A stretch of DNA of 64,000 bases from positions 75,022,001-75,086,000 of the forward strand of contig NC_086108.1 of NCBI RefSeq assembly GCF_963921235.1. The letters are read 5' to 3'. Shown here piece after piece: positions 50,936 through 62,450 of this stretch; the first letter of the stretch is position 1, and each line of letters opens with the position of its first letter. The stretch comes from Mobula hypostoma. Lineage: Eukaryota. Below the pieces are notes generated by a model. The model was given only the letters and a program-made list of their open reading frames with translations. It was not told the DNA's origin and searched no databases. Made by a program: the position numbers and the translations under genes.

Positions 50936-53610
50936 ATATGAGTTTATGAAATGGCTATTGAAATGTATAAGGAAATATATTCTTGATCTGTTGATTCTTG
51001 AGACAGATAGAAGGAAGGAATCCCGTGACTCTGAGGAATGGTAACACATCTGAATCCCAGACGATTTTATTTTTCAAGTGTCCAAGTGACCAATCTTTTT
51101 CAGCATCCCAGTGCTAGGCTAAGGTACCTCTTCATTACCAAGTCAATCATGGATCCATATTCTACTGTAGGTGGAGTATCATTTCCTTTTGGAAGGCCTG
51201 GAAATCATTGGGCATTTGGGAAGTGGTGCTGACTCAGAGCCCTTAGCCTTTTCTGACAGGATAAAATGGACTGTGGAGAGGAGCAAGCCTTGGGACAATT
51301 TGCCTTTTCAAATTATCCAATTGTCTAATGCTATTCAGACATGCAGTATGTTAAATGATAAGACTGTGCTCTCATGATGATATGAGAAAGTCCAACATCT
51401 GTTTAGCTTGTCATCCAATTCAAACTGACATGGATACAATCCCAGGATTCTTGTAGTCTATGGCAACGATTGACAGCATTAGTGTTAGATTAGTGATAGA
51501 TCTCAGCAGATACACATGGAAATAGGAAGGATGCATGTATGTAATAATAAAATGTAGATGGTGCGTGGGAGTATGCTTAAGGGTATAACACATGCTTGGC
51601 ACTTGATCTGTGTACTGTAAACAGCATAAAACATTTCATTTATGGTTTGTGATGACATCTGAATTGTTTAAATATGTTACAGTTTTCTAAGCAATCCTGA
51701 AGAATTTAAAGGAAAGTCCAGATTACTTTGTCAAAAATTTCCAAACAATGAGAACTGTTTAATGAGGATCAGTATAAAACAGGAGATATTGGAAATACAT
51801 AGTGAGACAGTCAGCATATATGGAAAGAGAAACATAAAATGATAACTGTTTTTCTCCGCACATCTGCAGTTTGACCTGCTGAGTGTTTCTAGAATTTTCA
51901 ATTGCATAAAAGCTGTAACTTCTAATGATATTGTTCTCAAAAGGAAGTACTCCTGATGAGAGGGTGATACAGGTGAAGCAACAGTAAGAAATTGAGATCA
52001 GATATGGAAGCAGATACTCAAACAGAAATTGAGGCGGCAGTGATTAAGAGCTAGAGTAAGATTAACATAACTGAGCAGCTTCCCCTTCTCCATCCCCAAC
52101 TTAATTAAAACATTGGACCCATCAGAAGAATACCGATCTACTAAACATGTTGCTGCATAGGAATGTCTCCTTGTGTTCTGTGGCAGAATCCCCAACCTTT
52201 TCAGGTGAGACTCACCACTGCTTTTTAACCATTAAAGCCAGCTGTTCTAATTGAGGCGAATACTACTTGTTATCATTTATTTCAGTATCAGAATCAGATT
52301 TATTGATACTGACATAAGTCACTGTTTTATGGCAGCAGTGCAGTGCAAGAACAACAAATTACCGTACTATAATTTACAAAACAAAATAAGTTAGTGCAAA
52401 AGGGGAATAGTAAGGTAGTGTTCATGAGATCCTGGACCATTCAGAAATCTGATGGCAGAGGAGAAGAAATGTCCTAAAGCATTTTATTTGCATCTTATTG
52501 TGACAGAATATCAAACCTCATTGTACAACACTCAGTATCACTGCTGCATCTCTAGTTGCCTTGTTTTACGTAAGGAAGCTCAGTATTCAAAATTGCATTA
52601 TTTGGAAGTGTCTTTCACAATCAGCATTTTATCTTACACTGTAGTCTCAGCAAAAAGTAATCCTAAACTAGTATCTTAATAAGACTGATTCAAAGTACAT
52701 AAGGGCAATATTAATAACTGGCAGAGAGTTCAATTCACATGGAGATGTGGAAATCAAATATTGTTCTCTTCTAACCATGTTAATATAATCAGCAAGGAGA
52801 GGCTCTAAAGATCTTACCAATAAAAGCTGCACAAATCTTTCAAGCTCTGCAATTTTTTGATTGTTTAAACATGTATGCCATATTTTCACTTTTCCTGATG
52901 CCATGATGTTTCTGAGATTCCATTCCATCTGCACTGATAGCTTAAAAAGAGTTGTCTGAAGCCACCTTAAAACCAAAGTTTTTAACCTTGTCTGCCATGC
53001 ACCTGCATCAACCACAACACTGAAACGGTGTTTATATTAAACTGCTAAACATTGTCGTTTGCTGTAATCTAACACAGTTGGAAACATTGGAAGTAATACT
53101 TTCCAAATTTAAAAAAATAGCTGTGCAATGTGAAATTGGTATCTCAATTTATGCAATGAATCAGTGAAGAATTATTCCAGATGTCTGTTTCATTTATATT
53201 ATTTGTTAATTCTTTTCTGATTGGGTATTTAATTTGGAAGATTTCAATTTGACTATTGCATATTGGCCAGTACTTTCTTCTTGCACATACTGATGGAAAT
53301 GAGAAAATTCCATCTTTCCAGTCCATGATTTTCCAATTGTTAAAATTAATGAACCAACAATCAGGAGCTACCTTTGAGCATTTTCCTCATTTTTTTGCAC
53401 CTGGTGTGTGGTAAGAATTCTGAAGCCAAAAATATGCCATGAAACAAGTTTATTGGAGAGAACAGAAATAATAAAAAAAACAACAGCCTTCAACATATCT
53501 TTCAGCCATTTCTATTTCAGCAATGGATTGTAGTGTGGCAGTAATAAACTGGGGTTCAATGTTGCTCTTAAGGCAATTGAAATAGTTTCAAACAACAGTG
53601 TCACAAACTA

Positions 53611-53828
53611 ACAACAGGAATTCTGCAGATGCTGGAAATTCAAGCAACACACATTAAAGTTGCTGGTGAACGCAGCAGGCCAGGCAGCGTCTCTAGGAAG
53701 AGGTACAGAGATCTCTTACTCACTCTTCCTTCAGTTAGTCCTGACGAAGGGTCTCGGCCTGAAACGTTGACTGTACCTCTTCCTAGAGATGCTGCCTGGC
53801 CTGCTGCGTTCACCAGCAACTTTGATGC
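53611..53828. mobile_element. Penelope-derived fold-back mini-element (two inverted pLTR pieces)
   Basis: Arms 53647-53708 and 53771-53832 are reverse complements; TSD GTGTCACAAACTA / GTGTCAAAAACTA. Confidence 0.88.
53737..53772 (+). ncRNA. Minimal type I hammerhead ribozyme motif, catalytic core intact
   Basis: AGTC-CTGACGA-AGG-GTCTCGG-CCT-GAAAC-GTT-GACT: stem I AGTC/GACT, core CUGAnGA, stem II AGG/CCT, GAAA, palindromic ACGT stem III, GUH site. Activity not shown. Confidence 0.75.
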
Positions 53829-53928
53829 GTGTCAAAAACTAGTTATGTACCCTGGAACAGACTGATGAATAGCCTCCATGGTTTTTCAGCAAATTGGTGA
53901 GGGCACTGCTCAGAACAGAGCAGGGAGT

Positions 53929-53932
<4 letters not shown>

Positions 53933-53962
<30 letters not shown>
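53933..53962. repeat. (GT)n microsatellite, about 15 units
   Basis: Direct reading. Confidence 0.95.
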
Positions 53963-53963
<1 letters not shown>

Positions 53964-55071
53964 TGGGGGATGGGAAATTTCAGAAAGAAAGCATACAATC
54001 TGGTTATTGGTTGCTCTCTAAAGATTGTTCCAGTTGCTGAGGTATAAATATCAGATGCTTTGGAGGTCTTCGTGATAATGAGGGAGGAACTGGCTATTTC
54101 TGATCCTGCGAGAAATAAGTGGAGGTTCTAGTTTTGTGAAAGATTTTGGGGTGCTATAAGGCTCTGAATTATTTTTCATGTTCCTGAAAAAATACGCTGT
54201 GTGCCTTTAGAAGAGAGGCTGTTTTGCTAGACTAAATTTTATTTTTTGTTTGGAAATTGATCTCCAGACCCTAAGTAAATTCATGTTAAATACAAATGTA
54301 CAAAGTAGAAGCAGGAGTAGGTAACTCACTTGTCCATTATTAAGTAAGTAATGGCTGATCTTTTGTGTAACCTCACTCACACATTCCTCGGGTGGTAATC
54401 CTTCATTCAGCCCATTAGTTATCCAAAGTCCATCTCCCTTTGTCATAAAGATATATTTTAAAAAATACTCTGCTTCCACTGATCTTTGAGGACGAGTGTC
54501 TCTTTAACAAATGGAATTTACTTGTCTAAAAAAGGAAATGAGCCCATGGTGTAGAGAGCAATCCATCTGATTCAATCAATACCAATGGCTACTGTGGCAG
54601 AGCTGTCAAAATCAGCCGTCCATTTTTCTTCTCGCCTAACTTGTCTTTTTGTTGACTGCCTAACTCACTGCCATCTAGGAAAGCAAGTAGCTAAGAGACC
54701 AAAGGCTTCCTTAGAGGTGAGAGAAGCTCTCCAAGCTTTCTTGATTCACATCTTGGTTCCTGCTTCTATTTCACTAAAAATAATTCTGATCCCTGGGAAA
54801 CCCGTGTATTGGCTACACTTTTCAAACCAGTGGCATTGCAGAAGCCTCAATTAGCTACATTATTTCTGCACCTACCTCCCATGGACATTGATATCTCAAT
54901 AGCTGCATCCATAAAAATGGAGCTAGGGTCAGGTCATAGACTGTTGACTTCACTTTGAAGACAAAAAACATATATGGTCCAATACATACTTAGTACTAGT
55001 GCTCGAAAATGAAATTATTCAAAATTCCTCACTCTCTAATATGTCACTCATTGTGGGTTAACATTAATTAG

Positions 55072-55570
55072 ACCATAAGGTAGAATTAGGCCACTTGACA
55101 CTTTGAGTCTGCTCCGCCATTCAATCATCACTTTTTTTTCCAGTCCCACTCTCCTGCATTCTCCTCATAACTCTTAACTCATTAACAAATCAAGAACCTA
55201 CCAACTTCTGGCATAAATACACCCAATGACTTTGCCTTCAGAGCCCTCTGTGGCAACGAATACCACAAATTCACCAGTCTGTGGCTGAAGAATTTCTTCC
55301 TCCTCTCAGTTTTAAAGGACTGCCCCTTTACTGGCTCTGCCCACAGATCGTAGAAACTCCTACTAATAAAAATAAACTCTCAATGTCCACTCTATTGACG
55401 TCTTTCACTATTTCGTATATGCTTCTGAATTCTATCAAGTACAGGTCCAGAGCCAGCCAGTACTTGTGATACGTTAAGCCATTCACTCCTGGGATCATGT
55501 AAATCTGCTCTGGACTCTCTCCAGGGCCAGCATATCCTTCCTTAGATAAATGGCCCAAAATTGCTCACTC
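55072..55570 (-). mobile_element. CR1 3' fragment, degraded
   Basis: ACCATAAG tail; CCACAAATTCACCAGTCTGTGGCTGAAGAA; CATATCCTTCCTTAGATA. Confidence 0.82.
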
Positions 55571-55899
55571 TATTAAAAAGACAAAATGAATACAGTACAT
55601 AATGTACAATAAAATACTCTTCATATAAGCAACATTTATAAACAAGAATAAAACTGTCTAACTGAGCTATCCAAGTTCAGCAGTAACAATCTCCGATTAT
55701 GGTGCAGACAGCAGACTCAGCCAACAATGTTTCCATTGCTCATCACAAATGTATAACTTTGGTTAATCTGGAGCTCAGGAAAATGTCTCCCTTTTCACTC
55801 CCTTAATCTTTTTGAAATTAGCACATAGCCTAAACTATCTATAATCTATAAAACGGCAGTAAACAAAGGGAATTAGCAATCCATTTCAACTGTTACTAT

Positions 55900-57585
55900 T
55901 TGAATTGAATTGAATTGACTTTATTTCTTACATCCCAAACATATGAGGAGTTAAAATCTTTACATTATGCCTCCACCTAAATGTGCAATGTGCAATCATT
56001 GTAATTTATAATAATTCATAATAAATAAAACAGTCAATGTAACATAGCAATACTCTCAAAGCAGCGTGAGTTAATCAGTCGGATGGCCTGGTGGAAGAAA
56101 CTGTCCCAGAGCCTGTTGGTCCCCTGGCTTTTATGCTGTGGTGCCTTTTCCCAGATGGCAGAAGCTGGAATAGATTGTGGCTGGGGTGACTCAGTCCCCA
56201 ATGACCCTTCAGGCCCCTTTCTCACACCTGTTTTTGTAAATGTCCTGAATGGAGGGAAGTTCACAACTACAGATGCGCTAGGCTGTCCGCACCACTCTTT
56301 GCAGAGTCCTGCAATTAAGGGAGGTACAGTTCCCATACCAGGCAGTGATGCAGCCAGTCAGCATGCTCTCAATCGTGCCCCTGTAGAAAATTCTTAGGAG
56401 TTGGGGGCCTACACCAAACTCCTTCAACTGTCTGAGGTGAAAGAGGTGCTGTTTTGTCTTTTTCACCACACAGCCAGTATGTACCGACCACGTGAGATCC
56501 TCAGTGATATGTATGCCTAGGAATTTAAAGCTGTTCATCCTCTCAACGCCAGATTCATTGATGTCAATAGGGGTTAGCCTGTCTCCATTCCTCTTGTAAT
56601 CCACAACCAGCTGCTTTGTTTGTGCAACGTTGAAGGAGAGGTTGTTTTCCTGACACCACTGTGTCAGGGTGATGACTACTTTTCTGTAGGCTGCCTCATT
56701 ATCATTTGAGATTAGGCCAATCAATGTAATATCATCAGCAAATTTAATTAGCAGATTGGAGTTGTGGGTGGCGACATAGTCATGGGCATACAGAGAGTGA
56801 AGGAGGGGGTTTAGGACAGAGTCCTGAGGGACTCCAGTGTTGAGGGTCAGAGGGGCAGAGCTGAGGGAACCCACTCTTACCACCTGCCGGCGATCTGACA
56901 GGAAGTCCAGGATCCAGCTATACATTGCAGGGTCAAGGCCGAGGTCTCTGAGCTTCCTGTGGAGCCTGGATGGAATTATGGGTTGAATGCTGAACTGTAG
57001 TCCAAGAACAGCAGTCTTACATAAGCATCCTTCATCTCGAGATGTGTAATGACGGTGTGTAGAGCAGTGGCTATTGCATCATCAGTCATTCGGTTGTGTT
57101 AGTAGGTGAATCGTAGGGGGTCCAGTTTGGGTGGTAACGTGCTGCAAAAGTAGGCCTTGACCAGCCTCTCAAAGCCTTTGCTTATTATTGAGGTGAGTGC
57201 GACAGGACACCAGTTGTTCAGGCATGTTACCTTGGTCTTTTTTGGTATGGGGACAATGGTGGATAATTTGAAGCAGGAGGGCACTCTACACTGGGAGAGG
57301 GGGAAATTAAAAATGTCTGTAAACACACCTGCCAGTTGTGCTACACACATCCTGAGTACCTGCCCTGGGATGCTGTCCAGTCCCGCAGCCTTGCGACTGT
57401 CCACCCATTGGAAACATCTGTGTAGCTCAGCCTCAGAGATGAACAGGTTGCAGGCTGTAGTGGTGGCTTTCCTCAGAGGCTCAGAGTTGGCGACATTGAA
57501 CTGAGCATAAAAGCGATTGAGCTCATCTGGGAGAGAGGCCGTGATGTTAGCGGCACCACTACGTTTGGCTTTGAAGTCTACGGCT
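55900..57585 (-). mobile_element. Rex1/Babar LINE, 5'-truncated
   Basis: ORFs 57099-57605 (RKAAGLDSIPG, NNWCPVALTS) and 56278-56925 (TGVPQDSVLNPLL, IKFADDITLIGLI, FKFLGIHI); (CAATT)n tail. Confidence 0.95.
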
Positions 57586-57706
57586 GTATAAATACTTCTA
57601 ACCATTTATTTATAAATTGCTTGATACAGCGGTCTGCATAGCATAGAAAAGCTTGTTTTACAATGTTAGACATTTTACACTTCTAGCACAATCTAGACAA
57701 ATCTCT

Positions 57707-58245
57707 GCTGAGGTCCTTTAACATCTGCCCGACGATGCTGAGGATGTTCTACGAGTCTGTGGTGGTCAGTGCTATCGTGTTTGCTGCTGTGTGCTGGGGC
57801 AGCAGGCTGAGGGTAGCAGACACCAACAGAATCAACAAACTCATTTGTAAGGCCAGTGATGTTGTGGGGATGGAACTGGACTCTCTCACGGTGGTGTCTG
57901 AAAAGAGGATGCTGTCCAAGTTGCATGCCATCTTGGTCAATGTCTCCCATCCACTACATAATGTACTGGTTGGGCACAGGAGTACATTCAGCCAGAGACT
58001 CATTCCACCGAGATGCAGCAGAGTGTCACAGGAAGTCATTCCTGCCTGTGGCCATCAAACTTTACAACTCCTCCCTTGGAGGGTCAGACACCCTGAGCCA
58101 ATAGGCTGGTCCTGGACTTATTTTCTGGCATAATTTACATATTACTATCTAACTATTTATGGTTTTATTACTATTTAATTATTTATGGTGCAACTGTAAT
58201 GAAAACCAATTTCCCCCGGGTTCAATAAAGTATGACTATGACTAT
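57707..58245 (+). mobile_element. Rex1 3' fragment, same subfamily as 19876-21030
   Basis: MFYESVVVSAIVFAAVCWGS...ILVNVSHPLHN; tail AATAAAGTATGACTATGACT. Confidence 0.93.
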
Positions 58246-58649
58246 TAAGTGGTTTGTGTTATAAGATATTGTAAATAGCCAATTTAACCTTGTAAATGTA
58301 TTACATACACTAAGTCATATGCAATATGATGGAGCACTTTTTTGTTCTTTTAACTTATTCATTTAAAGTTAGAGGTAGATGATTGACTGGCACACAACTA
58401 ACATTATTAGGATAATTTTAGTGCCTGCAAAGCAGGATAAATGGGTAATAAGAGATTAAAATCATACCAAAGGACTTACTTCCTTGCTCCTACTCTTCAT
58501 AAAACATACTTTTTAGGCATCTAATATGTAAGTTTGCAGGATGTGCACTGTTACCAGCCTATAAATTTCAAAATAATAATTCGAGGCAGAGCGTAAAAGG
58601 ACTAAGAGGATATTTTTTACCCTAGTAACCTTTGGGTTTCCAAAGCAGC

Positions 58650-59120
58650 AATTGCTTTGAGCTGATCTGTATTTACTTTCTTTCCCTGCTTAGGGCATCC
58701 TTTGGGATTGAGTATGACATGCTTCCACTCTGATTTATTTGTTCTGAAGTCACAGACTTGGCAAATGTGGAAACCATAGACTCTTTTGCAGATGAGGCAG
58801 GTGCATGGGCAGCTTGTGAGCTGATGTACTCTTTCCACTATTTATGCTGGACTCTGTGTGCTTCTCCTGTACAAACTCAAAAGTTCTCATTACTATCTCC
58901 AATGCTCCTTCTACAATTTGAATGTTCCTGGGTCAGACGTTCACATGAGGATGCTAAATTTTTCAAGGAGACTTTGAGCATATCCGTAAATCCTCTTTCT
59001 GTGACAGAGCTTGGAATAAAGCATCTGTTTGGGAGGCTGGCGTCAAGCAGGCAGGCAAATAACATGGCCTGGCCACCAGAAAGTTTGAGTATAATTAGGG
59101 TCTCAGTGCTAGGGTGCTAT
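58650..59120 (-). mobile_element. RTE-clade LINE 3' fragment, degraded
   Basis: DASLPNRCF...FTDMLKVSLK...RRSI plus a C-terminal CLICKRVYGFHI motif, typical of RTE ORF ends. Confidence 0.65.
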
Positions 59121-61702
59121 CATTGGTTTGCTTATCCTTCAATGAAGATAAAATTTATAAGTACCTTATTGCTATTTTGGTTTAGTTTCATGAAAAGAAA
59201 AAAGGAAAGCCACTGAACCAGTGTAAACTGGTCAGCCACAAACAGTAGCATTCAGCATGATCAGGAGACCACACGAGAAGAGGTTGAAGCTGGTGGTGGG
59301 GGCTGTGAGAAAGGATGAGGGTGATGCTTAATGAAGGCCTTTCGCAGCTCATTGGCCTTCAGTCACTCCCCACTGAACTGCCTGAGGGGCACACCTGGGG
59401 AAACTTCACTCTCTAAACAGACTCACATAGATCATTGTAATTCAACCCTTACGCCAAATCTAACAGGCAAGAAGGCCATATGAAAATGAGGAGTAAAATT
59501 CAGCTGAATTGTTCCATATCAACCTAGGGGTATGCAATCCATTTTCTAACCTCTTAAATTCTAATTCCGCCATGTAATCTGGTGGGCTGCAATTGGTTAA
59601 TGGACTGTGGAGCACTTAGTTATTCTGATGTATGACAGCTGCAGTTTTTCCTCAAAACATTTTTGTAATCTTATGAAGACAGCAAGCTAAATAGTATTAA
59701 GAAAACAGGATGTATAAAATAAATCAATGTACAAACAAAAGTGTAATATCTTTTAATAATTTCTCTCCTATTGCAGTCTTAACCATCAATTTCATAAGTA
59801 TTTTGGATGAAACTAGAAGTTTTCCATTCAACTGAATGGCAAAAATGGGTCTGGTACTATACATGATGACCACAGATATAAGACAGAGTGATAATTATAG
59901 TTAACTCAAGCAGTAAACTTTGTGTAATTTGTTATTTTACGATGAGTTTTATGCCACTTCTAAACTGCTCAGCCAATCAATCACATTCAGTTATGTACAG
60001 TATTTATGTACGGTAAATTAATCCTTGTCTTGTTGATGCCACAATATTGACTACACTTATTACCTCGTTATTACAATAGATCCAAGAGTTCACTCCCTAC
60101 GTAAAAATTGTAATTGCAAATCCATGTATTTATGCTTTTGGCAAGTATAAACTTAATTGGGATATTTAATCAAAAAACACAGCTGATACCATTGTATGTA
60201 ATCATTGACCCACCAGTTTAGACTCATTAAATTGCTAGCCTGGGAGGGTGAAATAGAGAAGAGTATTTGAGTATAATTCATCTTCTATGAATGGCTGTAT
60301 TATGTTCACAAAGCTAGGCCACATTTCAGTACCATGAGCAGAGCTGGTTCAATAGATCTGAATCTTTTTCATGTTTCAGAGGTGGGGTTGATGTTACCTT
60401 AGGCTTCCACTTTGATTATTAAGTGACTGTAGCTGGGACTCAGCAATTTAATGAGGTTAGGTTATTACTCATGCTGTGTGGCCATCTGGAAAAGGTTTGC
60501 AACCAGCACATTCCTTGCCATAAGCCACCTGTAAAACATTAAGTCCCCGCCTGTATGCGAAATATGAGATGAAAATGTTTGGACTACATAATGTTAGATG
60601 TGAAAAATTATTGGAGAAGACAGGAAAGAATTCATATATTTTTAAAAAATACATTACAAAGGTCATGTAAACAAGAGTTCAAAGTTCAAAGCCAGAATCT
60701 TTCCAACCATGACATGGTAAATCACATAACCATATATCTGTGGACTGTTATGACTTTCTTAATGTGAGTCTATAATTATATGTTGTTTTGCCACATGGAT
60801 AACAGTGTGTTAAGGGTTTGGCCAAAATGCATTAACATAAAATAACCAGGGGAAAAGGAGGAGCCCTCTTCTGAAATGTTATGGGTAAATACAAGAATGT
60901 ATGCAAGTTGAAAGTGGAGAAATTAAACACTGCTTGAAAAAAGCAGGAAATAACATTCAAGTAAATAAGTAAAAAGGAATACAGGAAAGACAAAAAGGTG
61001 AAGATGTTGGAGATTATACTTATGTATAACTGATTGTATCAGGTATATTTTGCTCTGGATTGTAATTAGCTACCGATCCCAAAACAGTGCTGGTGAAAAT
61101 ACGTGGCCATTCCTTCATTTTGAGTGCAAATCCCAGAATTCCCTACTCAAATGATGCCGTGAAAGTACCTTCACAGAAGAACTGCAGCAGTCCAAGATGA
61201 CAGGTTAACATCTCCATCTTATCAAGGGTAATTAAAATGGATGATACATGCTGGCCATGCCAATGATACCAATAACTGTTTTAAAAAAGCCAGTAGACCT
61301 GTGTCATTGACAAAGCTCATTTGGAAGGAATTTATATTCAAATTAAATGCAAAAAGAAAGGAATGCAATTTTCTCATAGCATTTCCTTTCCCTACAGAAA
61401 TTTAGAGACGGGTTTGATTTGCATCTTAGACCATGGGAACAAGAAAGCAAATCATTACATTGGTATTATCATGTGGTCAGGGAAGATCTATATTAAAGTT
61501 TGAGATCTGATCTCAGTCCATCCTGTGGTAGCAGCACTGCTGTTACACTGTATATGTTGAATATGAGTGTGTACAGGCTGCATATGGAAAAGAACACTTG
61601 TAAATATTTGACTTAGCTGCATTAAAGACATTTTAAATTAATTAGAAACATTTCATGAAATTGTTGATGCTGTATAAAGCTAAGTGTACGAAACTGAATA
61701 AA

Positions 61703-62050
61703 CATAGAAACATAGAAAACCTACAGCACAATACAAGCTTTTCGACCCACAAAGCTGTGCTGAACGTGTCCTTACCTGAGAAATTACCTAGGGTTACCCA
61801 TAGCCCTCTATTTTTCTGAGTTCCCTATACCTGTCCAGGAGTTTCTTAAAAGATCCCAATGTATCCGCCTCCACCACCGTCACCAGCAGCCCATTCCATG
61901 CACTCGCCACTCTCTGTATAAAAACTTACGCCTGATATCTCCTCTGTACCTGCTTCCAAGCACCGTAAAACTATGCCCTCTCATGCTAGCCATTTCAGCC
62001 CTGGGAAAAAGCATCTGACTATCTACATGATCAATGCCTCTCATCATCTT
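61703..62050 (-). mobile_element. CR1 3' fragment
   Basis: (CATAGAAA)n tail; KMMRGIDHVDSQMLFPRAEM, same family as 29822. Confidence 0.9.
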
Positions 62051-62450
62051 AGAACATAAGACATTGGAGATAACATAAGGACATTTGTCACATCGAATCT
62101 GCCTCACCATTCCATCATTTATTATCCCCCTCAACACCAGCTTCCTCTCCATAACCTTTGACACCCTGACTAATCAAGAACCCATCAAACTCTGCTTTAA
62201 ATATATTCAATGACTTGGTCTTCACAGCCGTCTGAGGCAATGAATTCCACTGACTCATCACCCTTTGGCTAAAGAAATCTCTCCTCATCTCTGTTCTTAA
62301 GGGACATCCTTCTATTCTGAGTCTGTGCCCTCTGGTTTTAGACTCCACTATAGGAAACTAACTAGAACCCTCTGGTTTTAGACTCCATGTCCACTCTATA
62401 TAGGCCTTGCAATCTTCACTGGGTTTCAATGAGATTCACCCTCATTCTTT
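62051..62450 (-). mobile_element. CR1 3' fragment
   Basis: RGHRLRIEGCPLRTEMRRDFFSQRVMSQWNSLP. Confidence 0.85.
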
